Below, piece by piece: positions 41,067-48,967 of a stretch of 64,000 bases of DNA. The DNA comes from an uncultured Actinomycetes bacterium (GTDB lineage Bacteria > Actinomycetota > UBA4738 > HRBIN12), in NCBI GenBank assembly GCA_963778545.1, contig CAVZUW010000009.1, forward strand, positions 82,069 through 146,068, read 5' to 3'. Both the position numbers and the translations under genes were made by a program. The notes under the pieces are model-generated. The model was not told the origin of the DNA. It worked only from the letters and a program-made list of their open reading frames with translations, and did no database searches. Position 1 is the stretch's first letter. Each line of letters begins with the position of its first letter.

Positions 41067-41757
41067 GATCGGGGACCTCGCGCCCGACGCGCTCCTGATG
41101 GACCCGGACGGCCACGACGTTCGCCTCTCCTCGATGTGGAGCGCCCAGCCGGCGGTGGTGGTGTTCCTCCGGTACTTCGGATGCCCGTTCTGCCAGGCCC
41201 AGGTGGTGGCGATCCGAAGGGACCAAGAGATGTTCCGCGAGGCCGGCGCCCACGTCGTGCTGATCGGCCATGGCAACCACGAGGATGCCCTGGCCTTCCT
41301 GCAGGCCAAGCGCGTCCCGTTCCCGCTCCTGCTGGATCGGGACCGTGAGGCCTACCGCGCGTACGGCCTCACCCAGGGCAAGGTGATGCAGGTCCTCAGC
41401 CCCAAGACGGCGTTGCCCTGGTTGCGGTCCGAGCTCTCATCGGAGACCCGCCAGCACGGGCTGAAGGGCGGGAGCTTCATGCAGATGCCCGGGACCTTCG
41501 TGATCGACACCGGCGGCGTGGTCCGGTTCCGCGGAGGGCTGATCCAGTTCGCGCACCGGAACAAGCACGTGGCGGACTCCCCCGCCAACGACGACATCCT
41601 GCGCGTGGTCGAGGCGCTCACAACCAGGCCGGCGGAAACGGAAGAGCCCGGACGACCGGAGCCGTCCGGGCCCTCCGGGAGAAGGGACGGAGGGGATCAG
41701 CCCTTCTCGACGGGCGCGCCCACCAGCGAGCCGTACTCGGTCCACGAGCCGTCGTAG
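41053..41757 (+). CDS. AhpC/TSA (peroxiredoxin-like) family thiol-disulfide protein
   Basis: IGDLAPDALLMD...VVVFLRYFGCPFCQAQV...FPLLLDRDREAYRAYG...GTFVIDTGG. The start lies inside the last 14 nt of the kinase gene. The C-terminal ~50 aa are low-complexity and overlap the convergent gene, so the true stop may be earlier. Confidence 0.7.
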   Translation: MGAPEIGDLAPDALLMDPDGHDVRLSSMWSAQPAVVVFLRYFGCPFCQAQVVAIRRDQEMFREAGAHVVLIGHGNHEDALAFLQAKRVPFPLLLDRDREAYRAYGLTQGKVMQVLSPKTALPWLRSELSSETRQHGLKGGSFMQMPGTFVIDTGGVVRFRGGLIQFAHRNKHVADSPANDDILRVVEALTTRPAETEEPGRPEPSGPSGRRDGGDQPFSTGAPTSEPYSVHEPS

Positions 41758-42543
41758 TTCTTGACGTTCGGGTAGCCGAGCAGCTCCTGCAGGGCGAACC
41801 ACGTGTGGCTCGAGCGCTCGCCGATCCGGCAGTACGCGATGATCTCGCGGTCGCCGGTGATGCCCTCGGCCTCGTACAGGGCCTTGAGCTCGTCGGCGCT
41901 CTTGAACGTCCCGTCCTCGTTCGCCGCCTTGGCCCACGGGATGTTCGCGGCCCCGGCGATGTGGCCGGGGACCTGCGCCTGCTCCTGCGGAAGGTGGTCC
42001 GGCGCGAGCTTCTCGCCCCGGAACTCCTCCGGCGAGCGGACGTCCACGAACCCGGTCGCACCTTCGACCTTGCCGAGCACCTCGTCGCGCAGCGCGCGGA
42101 TCTGCTCGCGCTCGCCGCCCGCGATCGAGAAGCCGGTGCCCGACACCGACGGCGGGTCCTGCGTCAGCTCACGGCTCTCGAGCTCCCACTTCTTGCGACC
42201 GCCGTTCAGCAGCTTCACGTCGTCGAACCCGCGGAGCTTGAGCACCCAATAGGCGTACGCCGCGAACCAGTTGTTGTTCCCGCCGTACAGGATCACGGTG
42301 GTGTCGGGACCCGACACCCGCGGCCGACAGGAGCTCGGAGAGTCCGGTCTGGTCGACGTAGTCGCGACCCACCTCCGTGTGCAGGTCGGTCGTCCAGTTC
42401 CACCCGACCGCCCCCTGGATGTGGCCCTTCTCGTAGGCCTCGGTGTCCTCGTCCACCTCGATCACCCGGATGTCCGGGTCGTTCACGTGCTCCTCGAGCC
42501 AGTCGGTCTCGACGAGCGCGTCGGGGTTGGCGTATCCCGCCAT
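41697..42543 (-). CDS. two-domain rhodanese thiosulfate/3-mercaptopyruvate sulfurtransferase, frame break near 42303-42312
   Basis: The N-terminal domain MAGYANPDALVETDWLEEH...YEKGHIQGAV...LSAAGV is in the ORF 42169..42606 frame. The rest, GPDTTVILYGGNNNWFAAYAYW...IIAYCRIGERSSHTW, is in ORF 41697..42317. Deleting one G from a GGG run joins them. Confidence 0.8.
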
Positions 42544-42575
42544 GTGCTCCTCCTCTCGAAGCCTGGAACGCGAAC

Positions 42576-42595
42576 GGGGCCGCGGTCGCGGCCCC
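42576..42595 (-). terminator. GC hairpin ~30 nt upstream of the rhodanese start (terminator of sufT or a 5'-UTR structure)
   Basis: GGGGCCGCG / CGCGGCCCC with a very short loop. No U tract. Confidence 0.3.
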
Positions 42596-42829
42596 CGGTC
42601 GTGCAACGCGTGGATCTCGGGCTAGCGCTGGGCTCGGCCCGCACCCGGGGGCGCCGATCGTCCGGACAGCACAGGCGGGCGGGGATCATCGCCGCCACCA
42701 GCCCTGCGCATCGTGTCCGAACCAAATGAATCCGACCCCCACGCTCGAGAATTGCAGGTGCAAGTCAACAACCATGGTCCGCGAGTGTCAACGGGGGTTC
42801 GGGCGTGCCGAGAGGCGACGGGGCGCTGG

Positions 42830-43258
42830 TCAGAAGTACCCGAGGGCGGCCTTGGCCTCTTCGGACATCATCTCGGGCGACCACGGCGGCCGAAGGACCA
42901 TCTCGGCCTCGACCGAGGTCACACCGGGCACGTTCTCCAGGAACGACTGCATCTGGTGCTCGATCAGCGGCCCGATCGGGCAGCCCATCGTGGTCAGCGT
43001 GTACTCGATGTAGATCTTGCCGTCCTGGCTGATCTCGACGTCGTAGACCAGGCCGAGGTCGACGATGTTGACCCCCAGCTCGGGGTCCATCACGTGCTTG
43101 AGGGCCTCGCGAACGGTCTCTTCGGTGGCCGGGCCACCGTTCGACGTACCCTCGGGGGCCGGGCCACCGCTCGGCGTACCCGGGGCCGGGACGTGCTCGG
43201 GCGCGGTCGTCGGAATGTCCTCGTCCGCGATGGGTTCGTGCGTGGTTATCTCGTCCAT
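42830..43258 (-). CDS. sufT: SufT/DUF59 (MIP18-family) Fe-S assembly factor with Pro/Gly-rich N-terminal extension
   Basis: 142 aa with VMDPELGVNIVDLGLVY...TLTTMGCPIGP. Confidence 0.8.
   Translation of the reverse strand: MDEITTHEPIADEDIPTTAPEHVPAPGTPSGGPAPEGTSNGGPATEETVREALKHVMDPELGVNIVDLGLVYDVEISQDGKIYIEYTLTTMGCPIGPLIEHQMQSFLENVPGVTSVEAEMVLRPPWSPEMMSEEAKAALGYF
43127..43190 (-). repeat. about 2.2 copies of a 30-nt tandem repeat inside the sufT N-terminal extension
   Basis: GGCCGGGCCACCGTTCGACGTACCCTCGGG and GGCCGGGCCACCGCTCGGCGTACCCGGGGC are followed by a further GGCCGGG. They encode ...TPSGGPAPEG/TSNGGPATEE. Confidence 0.6.
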
Positions 43259-43290
43259 GAGAGGTCGTTCCTTCGGAGTAGGTCTGCCTC

Positions 43291-43297
43291 TATCCTA
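43291..43297. promoter_or_regulatory. shared divergent -10 element TATCCTA (TATCCT toward the LuxR regulator, TAGGAT toward sufT)
   Basis: It lies in the 65-nt spacer between the divergent genes and is followed on the + strand by two CCTAAGG direct repeats. Confidence 0.4.
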
Positions 43298-43323
43298 AGG
43301 GACGAATCCCTAAGGAGGACCCG

Positions 43324-43995
43324 CTGACGGCCGATAGCCAACGCAAGCCCCGGGAGGAGGGTCCCATCCGCATCCTCATCGTCGACGACCACCCCGTCAC
43401 GCGGGAAGGGCTGCACGCCGCCCTTGACCTGGCGAACGACGTCGTCGTGGTCGGCGAGTCCGACAGCGGGGAGGACGCCGTCGTGAAGGTCGGCGAGCTC
43501 ACCCCCGACATCGTCTTCATGGACGTTCGGATGCCGGGGATGAACGGGATCGACGCCACCAAGGCGATCCGGGAGGCGTCGCCGTCCACCAAGGTGATCC
43601 TGTTCACCGTGGACGAGTCACGTGCCTCGATCTCCGAGGCGATCCAGGCCGGCGTCTCCGGCTACCTCTTGAAGGACGCCTCCGCGGACGAGCTCGTGAA
43701 CGCGGCACGGCTGGCGCTGGAGGGCAAGGCCGTGATCCACCCGCAGCTCACCCGGGCCTTCATCGAGGAGGTCCAGATCGCGGAGAAGCGCGTCGAGGCG
43801 CCTCCGCTCTCGCGGCGCGAGAAGGAGATCCTCCAGAAGGTGGCGTACGGCGCCACGACCAAGGAGGTCGCGCACGATCTCGGGATCTCGCCGCACACGG
43901 TGAAGACGCACCTCGAGCGGATCTTCGAGAAGCTCGGGGCGAACGACCGGGCGCAGGCCGTGGCGATCGCGATCCGCAGCGGCCTGGTCGAGTAG
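43324..43995 (+). CDS. NarL/LuxR-family response regulator
   Basis: IRILIVDDHPVTREGL...DIVFMDVRMPGMNG...GYLLKDA plus a LuxR HTH (LSRREKEILQKVAYGATTKEVAHDLGISPHTVKTH). The track ORF starts at internal ATG 43447. No ATG/GTG/TTG lies in frame upstream of the REC domain. CTG 43324 sits 5 nt after AAGGAGG. Confidence 0.8.
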   Translation: MTADSQRKPREEGPIRILIVDDHPVTREGLHAALDLANDVVVVGESDSGEDAVVKVGELTPDIVFMDVRMPGMNGIDATKAIREASPSTKVILFTVDESRASISEAIQAGVSGYLLKDASADELVNAARLALEGKAVIHPQLTRAFIEEVQIAEKRVEAPPLSRREKEILQKVAYGATTKEVAHDLGISPHTVKTHLERIFEKLGANDRAQAVAIAIRSGLVE

Positions 43996-44075
43996 CTCGC
44001 GGGCCTAGGCCCTCCGCCCGAGCCCCCGTCCCCCGCCTCAACCCCCATCCGGCATCCGCCGATACGTGGAACACG

Positions 44076-45374
44076 ATGCCCACGAAGGTGGTGGTGTGCG
44101 ACACCCCCGACGGTCTCGCGCAGCTCCAGTACGTCCTGATCAAGTCGGGGGCGGCGCTGGAGATCGAGACCGTGACCGACGGCCTGCGGGCCGTCGAGGT
44201 TTCTGCGCGCACCCGCCCGGAACTCGTCGTCGCCGGCATCGAGTCAGAGAGCCTGTCCGGCGCCGAGCTCGTCCGGCGTCTGCTCGCCGTCAGCCCCGAG
44301 ACCAAGGTGATCTGCTGGGCGGACGCCTCGCCGCTGGTCGCCGCCGAGATGCTCCAGGCGGGCGCCGCTGCGTACGTCTCCAAGGAGGACGGGGCCGAGG
44401 AGGTGTTCCGCGCGATGCGTGCGGTGCACGCGGGACCCGTCGCGCTCAGCCCCGACGTCGCCGCCGACATCGCGACCCGCCTGCTCGACGAGTCGAACCG
44501 GGTCGAGACGCTCGAGACGACGATCGCCGAGATCAGCGACCAGCTCCAGACGATGACCACCGCCAAGGCCGACTTCCTCGCCAACGTGTCCCACGAGCTC
44601 CGGACGCCGGTCACCGTCGCCAAGGGGATCGCCTACGTCTTGAAGAACCGCGGGATCCCTCCGGACGAGGAGGAGGAGTTCATCGGCCAGCTCGAGGCCT
44701 CGCTCGAGAAGCTCTCGATGCTGATCGAGGAGATGCTGATCGTCGCGGATCTGGATCGCGGGACGCTCTCGCTCGAGCTCTCGCAGGTCGACCTCGCGCC
44801 GCTCCTTCGCCAGGTGGCCGACGAGAGCGCGCGACAGTTCCCCGCGATCACGATCGAACGCGAGATCAACGAGAGCCTCCCCGCGTCGGCCGACCCGATG
44901 CGGTTCATCGAGATCGTCCGGCAGCTCCTCGACAACGCGTGTCGCTACTCGCCCGAGGACCAGCCGGTCCTGCTGAAGGGCCGTCCGATGGAGGAGGGTG
45001 TCGTAGTCTCGGTGACCGATCACGGCGAGGGGATGGCGCGCCAGACCGCGTCGAAGGCGTTCGAGGAACCGTTCTCGGCCGGCGAGGACATCCTGCGCAA
45101 GGAACGCGCGGGCGCGGGCGTCGGGCTGCACATGGCTCGGCAGCTCGTGGTCCAGCACGGCGGGATCCTGTGGGCCGATCCGCTGCCCTCCGGTGGCACC
45201 CGTGTGTCGTTCGTGATCCCGGCGCACGAAGGCGATCACGTGGGGCGGCCCGAGGACTTCGGTTCGGATCCGCTCGATGCGCTCCACTCGCTGTCGGGGC
45301 AGGACGGTCCGACGACCGGTCCGACCGACGTTGACCCGATCGCTCAGCCCAGCACCAACTCGAGCTCCTCGTAG
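44076..45374 (+). CDS. cytoplasmic histidine kinase with N-terminal receiver-like (apparently non-phosphorylatable) domain
   Basis: The N-terminal ~120 aa have a REC-like fold (VVVCD...ELVVAGIES...AAYVSKED) without the acceptor Asp. HisKA KADFLANVSHELRTPVT and HATPase LLDNACRYSP...DHGEGM...GAGVGLHMA follow. A 45-aa tail overlaps the convergent gene. Confidence 0.8.
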   Translation: MPTKVVVCDTPDGLAQLQYVLIKSGAALEIETVTDGLRAVEVSARTRPELVVAGIESESLSGAELVRRLLAVSPETKVICWADASPLVAAEMLQAGAAAYVSKEDGAEEVFRAMRAVHAGPVALSPDVAADIATRLLDESNRVETLETTIAEISDQLQTMTTAKADFLANVSHELRTPVTVAKGIAYVLKNRGIPPDEEEEFIGQLEASLEKLSMLIEEMLIVADLDRGTLSLELSQVDLAPLLRQVADESARQFPAITIEREINESLPASADPMRFIEIVRQLLDNACRYSPEDQPVLLKGRPMEEGVVVSVTDHGEGMARQTASKAFEEPFSAGEDILRKERAGAGVGLHMARQLVVQHGGILWADPLPSGGTRVSFVIPAHEGDHVGRPEDFGSDPLDALHSLSGQDGPTTGPTDVDPIAQPSTNSSSS

Positions 45375-46591
45375 CTCCGAGCGACCGTTGCGACGGACCG
45401 CAGCTCCGACCAGATCCTCGACGCCTCCCCGCCCGTGAAGTCTCGCTCCTCGATCGGGATCTGTTCCAGCAGGATCGTCTGCACCCCGCTCCTCGCGGTC
45501 GCGAGCGCGAGACGCAGGTTGGCCGCGTTGCCCGGCCCGAACGGCGCGTCGCACACGACGAGCAGGTCCGCCTCGGACATCAGCCGCCGGCACGCCTCCT
45601 CCGCCTCCGCATCGATCGCGGAGAACGGCGGCACGCTCACCCGGACGAGGTTGAGTCGCTCGGCCACATCCGCGTCGGTATCCGACGCATGGAGCACGCC
45701 GACGCTGACGTCGTACCCGGCCTCGGCGAGCCGACGCAGGATCGGCGCGCCCCGCCCGGCGCCGCCGACGACGTGCGCGCGGCGTCCGAGCGGCGCCGCG
45801 GGCTCGCTCGGAACGCCGATCCGAACGCTCGGACGTCCGGTCGCCGGGTCGGTCGACACGTCCGCCTCCACCCCGTAGACCTCGCGGAGCAACGCCGGCG
45901 TCACGACCGATGCGGGGGGTCCCGATGCGACGACGGTCCCGTGGTGCAGGGCGACCAACCGATCGCACGTCGACGCGGCGAGGTTCAGGTCGTGGTGGAT
46001 CGCGAGGACGGCCGTGCCCTCGAGCTCGGCGAGCCGGCGAACGATCGCGAGCAGGTCCAGGACGTGACGGACGTCGAGATGGGTGGTCGGTTCGTCGAGC
46101 ATGAGGACGGGCGCGTCCTGCGCGAGTGCCTGGGCCAGTACCACGCGGCGCCGTTCGCCGCCCGAGAGCTCGTCCACCGGACGATCGGCCAGGTGCTGGA
46201 CCTGGGTCGCGGCCATCGCCTCGCGTACCTTGGCCCAATCCTGCGGACCGCCGCCGCCCCAGCGCGTTCGATAGGGCGACCGTCCCATCAGGACGAGCTC
46301 GAGCGCCGTGAAGGAGAACGCGGGGACGACATCCTGCGGCACGACCGCGACGAGCCGCGCGGCGTCGTGCGCGCTCATGCTCGTGAGGTCCTGGCCACCG
46401 ACCCGGATGGACCCCGCGCTCGGCCTGAGCGTCCGGGACGCCACGCGGACCAGCGTGCTCTTGCCCGAACCGTTCGGGCCCACGAGCCCGACGATCTCGC
46501 CTTGGCCCACCTCGAGATCGACCTCGCGCAGCACGGGCTCGCGGCCGTAGGTCGCCGACACGCGTTCGAGCACCAGCGCCGACTCAGACAC
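45344..46591 (-). CDS. FecE/BtuD-type ABC importer ATPase with ~150-aa C-terminal extra domain
   Basis: GPNGSGKSTL, LSGGERRRVVLAQAL and MLDEPTTHLD fill the first ~260 aa. The extension reads HVVGGAGRGAPILRRLAEAGYDVSVGVLHASDTDADVAERL...LLVVCDAPFGPGNAANL... Confidence 0.8.
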   Translation of the reverse strand: MSESALVLERVSATYGREPVLREVDLEVGQGEIVGLVGPNGSGKSTLVRVASRTLRPSAGSIRVGGQDLTSMSAHDAARLVAVVPQDVVPAFSFTALELVLMGRSPYRTRWGGGGPQDWAKVREAMAATQVQHLADRPVDELSGGERRRVVLAQALAQDAPVLMLDEPTTHLDVRHVLDLLAIVRRLAELEGTAVLAIHHDLNLAASTCDRLVALHHGTVVASGPPASVVTPALLREVYGVEADVSTDPATGRPSVRIGVPSEPAAPLGRRAHVVGGAGRGAPILRRLAEAGYDVSVGVLHASDTDADVAERLNLVRVSVPPFSAIDAEAEEACRRLMSEADLLVVCDAPFGPGNAANLRLALATARSGVQTILLEQIPIEERDFTGGEASRIWSELRSVATVARSYEELELVLG

Positions 46592-47624
46592 GTGCGCCCG
46601 CCTTCTTCCCCTCGCGCCGCAGCAGGTAGATGAAGAAGGGACCGCCGATCAGCGCGGTCACGACCCCCACGGGCAGCTCCGACGGCGCGACGATCGTCCG
46701 CGCGATGAGGTCGGCCAGGATCAACAGGATCGCGCCGCCCAGCACCGAGGCCGGGACCAGCCGCCGATGGTCCGATCCGATCACCAGCCGCAGCAGGTGC
46801 GGCGTCATCAGGCCCACGAACCCGATCACGCCGGCCACCGAGACCGCCGCAGCCGCGAGCAGCGCGCCAACCGCGATCGAGGTCCGCTTCAGTCGGTCGA
46901 GCTCGACGCCGAGTTGCGCCGCCCGTTCCTCGCCGAGCGAGATCAGGTTCAGCTCGTGCGCGACGAGCCACGCGCCGGCCACGCCGACCGCGACGACGGG
47001 CAGGACGATCTCGACCGAGCGCCAGCCCTGCGCGACCAGACCCCCGAGGAGCCACGCGTAGATGTCGCGGATCTCCTCGCCCGAGAACGACATCACGAGC
47101 GACATGAAGCTCGAGATGACCGCCGCGATCGCGATCCCCGCCAGCAGCAGCGTCGCGACGTGGACCGCGGGGCCGATCCTGGCCAATCGGTAGACGACGA
47201 ACGCCGTCGCGATCGCGCCGACGAACGCGGCGAGCGGGACCGCGAACGCGCCGAGCGACCCCGCACCGACCGTGACGATCACCACCACGGCGCCGAGCGC
47301 CGCGCCCGAGGAGACGCCGATGATCGCGGGGTCCGCGAGCGGGTTGCGGAACAGGCCCTGGAACACGGCGCCCGACGCGGCGAGCGCGCCGCCCACGATG
47401 GCCGCGAGCAGCACCCTCGGCAATCGGAGCTGGAACAGGATGACCTCGGCCGCACGGCTCACGTCCTCGGGCCGTCCGGTCAGACCGAGCTTCCAGGCGA
47501 TCAGCCGGATCGTCTCGATCGGCGAGATCCACACGGCGCCCACCGCCACCCCGACGAGGGACGCGGCGATCAGGGCGGCGACGAGCCCGAGGATCACGCG
47601 CCGGTACGGGACGGCCCGGCGCAT
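46584..47624 (-). CDS. FecCD/BtuC-family ABC importer permease
   Basis: 346 aa from MRRAVPYRRVILG, with LRLPRVLLAAIVGGALAASGAVFQGLFRNPLADP and GVVTALIGGPFFIYLL. The upstream part of ORF 46584..48749 is shadow. Confidence 0.85.
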   Translation of the reverse strand: MRRAVPYRRVILGLVAALIAASLVGVAVGAVWISPIETIRLIAWKLGLTGRPEDVSRAAEVILFQLRLPRVLLAAIVGGALAASGAVFQGLFRNPLADPAIIGVSSGAALGAVVVIVTVGAGSLGAFAVPLAAFVGAIATAFVVYRLARIGPAVHVATLLLAGIAIAAVISSFMSLVMSFSGEEIRDIYAWLLGGLVAQGWRSVEIVLPVVAVGVAGAWLVAHELNLISLGEERAAQLGVELDRLKRTSIAVGALLAAAAVSVAGVIGFVGLMTPHLLRLVIGSDHRRLVPASVLGGAILLILADLIARTIVAPSELPVGVVTALIGGPFFIYLLRREGKKAGARV

Positions 47625-47626
47625 CG

Positions 47627-48586
47627 TCAGTCGAAGGCCTCGGGGTGCAGCGCCTCGGCGATCAGCCGCAACCCTTCGACGATCCGCGGGCCGGGCCGTT
47701 CGGCCAGGCTCGAGTCGATCGCCACGACGCGCCCGGCGGCCACGGCCGCGATCGCCTCGAACCCGGCTCGCTTCGCGACCGCCTTCGGACCCGCTCCGGA
47801 CTCGGAGGAGACGAGGTAGACGTCCGGGCTCTGGTCGACGAGGTCCTCGACCGACCACTGCGGGTATTGCTGCCCCGCCGACGAGGTCACGGGGTCGCAC
47901 CCGGCGCGTTCGAGCAGGTCGTAGATGAACGTGCCCGGCCCGACCGTGTAGAGCGGCGGATAGAAGGTCTCGTAGAAGCACGTGGCCCTCGGCGTCCCGG
48001 CGATCGCCGACTCCACCTCGTCGGCCTGCGCCTGGAGGTCGTCGACGACCGCGGTCGCGGCATCGTCCGCGCCGGTGATCTGCCCCGCGACCTCGATGTC
48101 GTCCATCAGGTCGTCGAGGTTCGTCGCGTCGAGCGTCACGACGGGGACGTCGAGATCGCGGAGGCGACGCTTCCACTGGTCGCCGCCCTTGATCGTCAGG
48201 AACAGGTCGGGCTCGAGGCCGACGACCTGTTCGATGTTGGGATCGACGCCGAAGTCGCCGGCCCCGCCGACCTCGTCGATGTCGGCGGCCTCGGCCGGGT
48301 AGTCGTCGAACGGCCCCGAGACGCCGACGAGCTTGTCGCCCAGACCGAGCGCGAACACGATCTCGGTCATCGAGGGCGCGAACGTCACGATCCGTTGCGG
48401 CGGCGCGTCGATCGTCACGGACTCGCCGTCGTCGTCGGTGATCGTGACCGGGAACGAGGTCGACGGACCGGTCGTCGCCGTCGGTCCCGAGACCGTCGGC
48501 GTGACCGTGGGATCGTCGCCGCAGGCCGCGACGAGCAGCGACAGGGCGAGCAAGGACGGCACCAGGGTGGAGCGGATGGGTCTCAC
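47627..48586 (-). CDS. periplasmic-binding-protein type (BtuF/FhuD-like) lipoprotein, substrate-binding component
   Basis: The lipobox is LSLLVAACGDD. The motifs PQRIVTFAPSMTEIVFALGLGDKLVG and GPRIVEGL are present. GTG start with AAAGGAG RBS. Confidence 0.8.
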   Translation of the reverse strand: MRPIRSTLVPSLLALSLLVAACGDDPTVTPTVSGPTATTGPSTSFPVTITDDDGESVTIDAPPQRIVTFAPSMTEIVFALGLGDKLVGVSGPFDDYPAEAADIDEVGGAGDFGVDPNIEQVVGLEPDLFLTIKGGDQWKRRLRDLDVPVVTLDATNLDDLMDDIEVAGQITGADDAATAVVDDLQAQADEVESAIAGTPRATCFYETFYPPLYTVGPGTFIYDLLERAGCDPVTSSAGQQYPQWSVEDLVDQSPDVYLVSSESGAGPKAVAKRAGFEAIAAVAAGRVVAIDSSLAERPGPRIVEGLRLIAEALHPEAFD

Positions 48587-48604
48587 GCGCGTCTCCTTTC
48601 GTGC

Positions 48605-48785
48605 GAAGGACGACCCGTGGGTTCCTCCAGGGCAGGTCTCCTGGCTCCCGGATCACCGCTCCCCCGACCCTTCCCGGGACCATCTGGTCCCAGTGGCTCC
48701 GTCGGGTTCGCTCCCCGGTCACAGTGGCGCGACCGCGCCGGCTTCTCACCGGCTTCCCTCTTCGCGACCCCGGGATCCGCCCGGA
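48605..48785 (-). promoter_or_regulatory. cobalamin (B12) riboswitch leader of the BtuFCD-like operon
   Basis: The minus strand reads ...GAAGAGGGAAGCCGGTGAGAAGCCGGCGCGGTCGCGCCACTGTGACCGGGGAGCGAACCC...GAGCCACTGGGACC...GGGAGCCAGGAGACCTGCCCTGG. It has the GGTGAGAA-CCGG core, two GCCACTG motifs and a B12 box AGCCAGGAGACCTGCC (48631-48646). It ends ~20 nt before the RBS. Confidence 0.85.
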
Positions 48786-48967
48786 ACCGCTCCGGTCCGC
48801 ACGACGAGCGCCGTCCGGACCACCCTGAGGGCTCTACCTATGCAGTTGGGCGGATGCTAACCCAGCCGGCCGACGCGAGCAGCGGGTGGGCGGGACCCAG
48901 CGGGTCGCGAAACCGCGGGTGGCGGGAGTCCGAAGGCGGGGGCTATGCTGCGGACGGGATCGGCGGG

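Noticed and set aside
39264-41309. 681-aa minus ORF
   Set aside because: It is antisense to the histidine kinase, which has clear HisKA and HATPase motifs on the + strand.
41511-41560. Possible 18-nt insertion (RGGLIQ) in the peroxiredoxin-like gene
   Set aside because: It is in frame and cannot be told from natural loop variation without an alignment.
42680-42775. 31-codon ORF (MVVDLHLQFSSVGVGFIWFGHDAQGWWRR) in the sufT-rhodanese spacer
   Set aside because: It has no RBS or -10 box at the right distance. Its A/T-ending codons (GTT, TTG, CAA, ATT) are unlike every confident gene here. The region is kept only as a non-coding region of interest.
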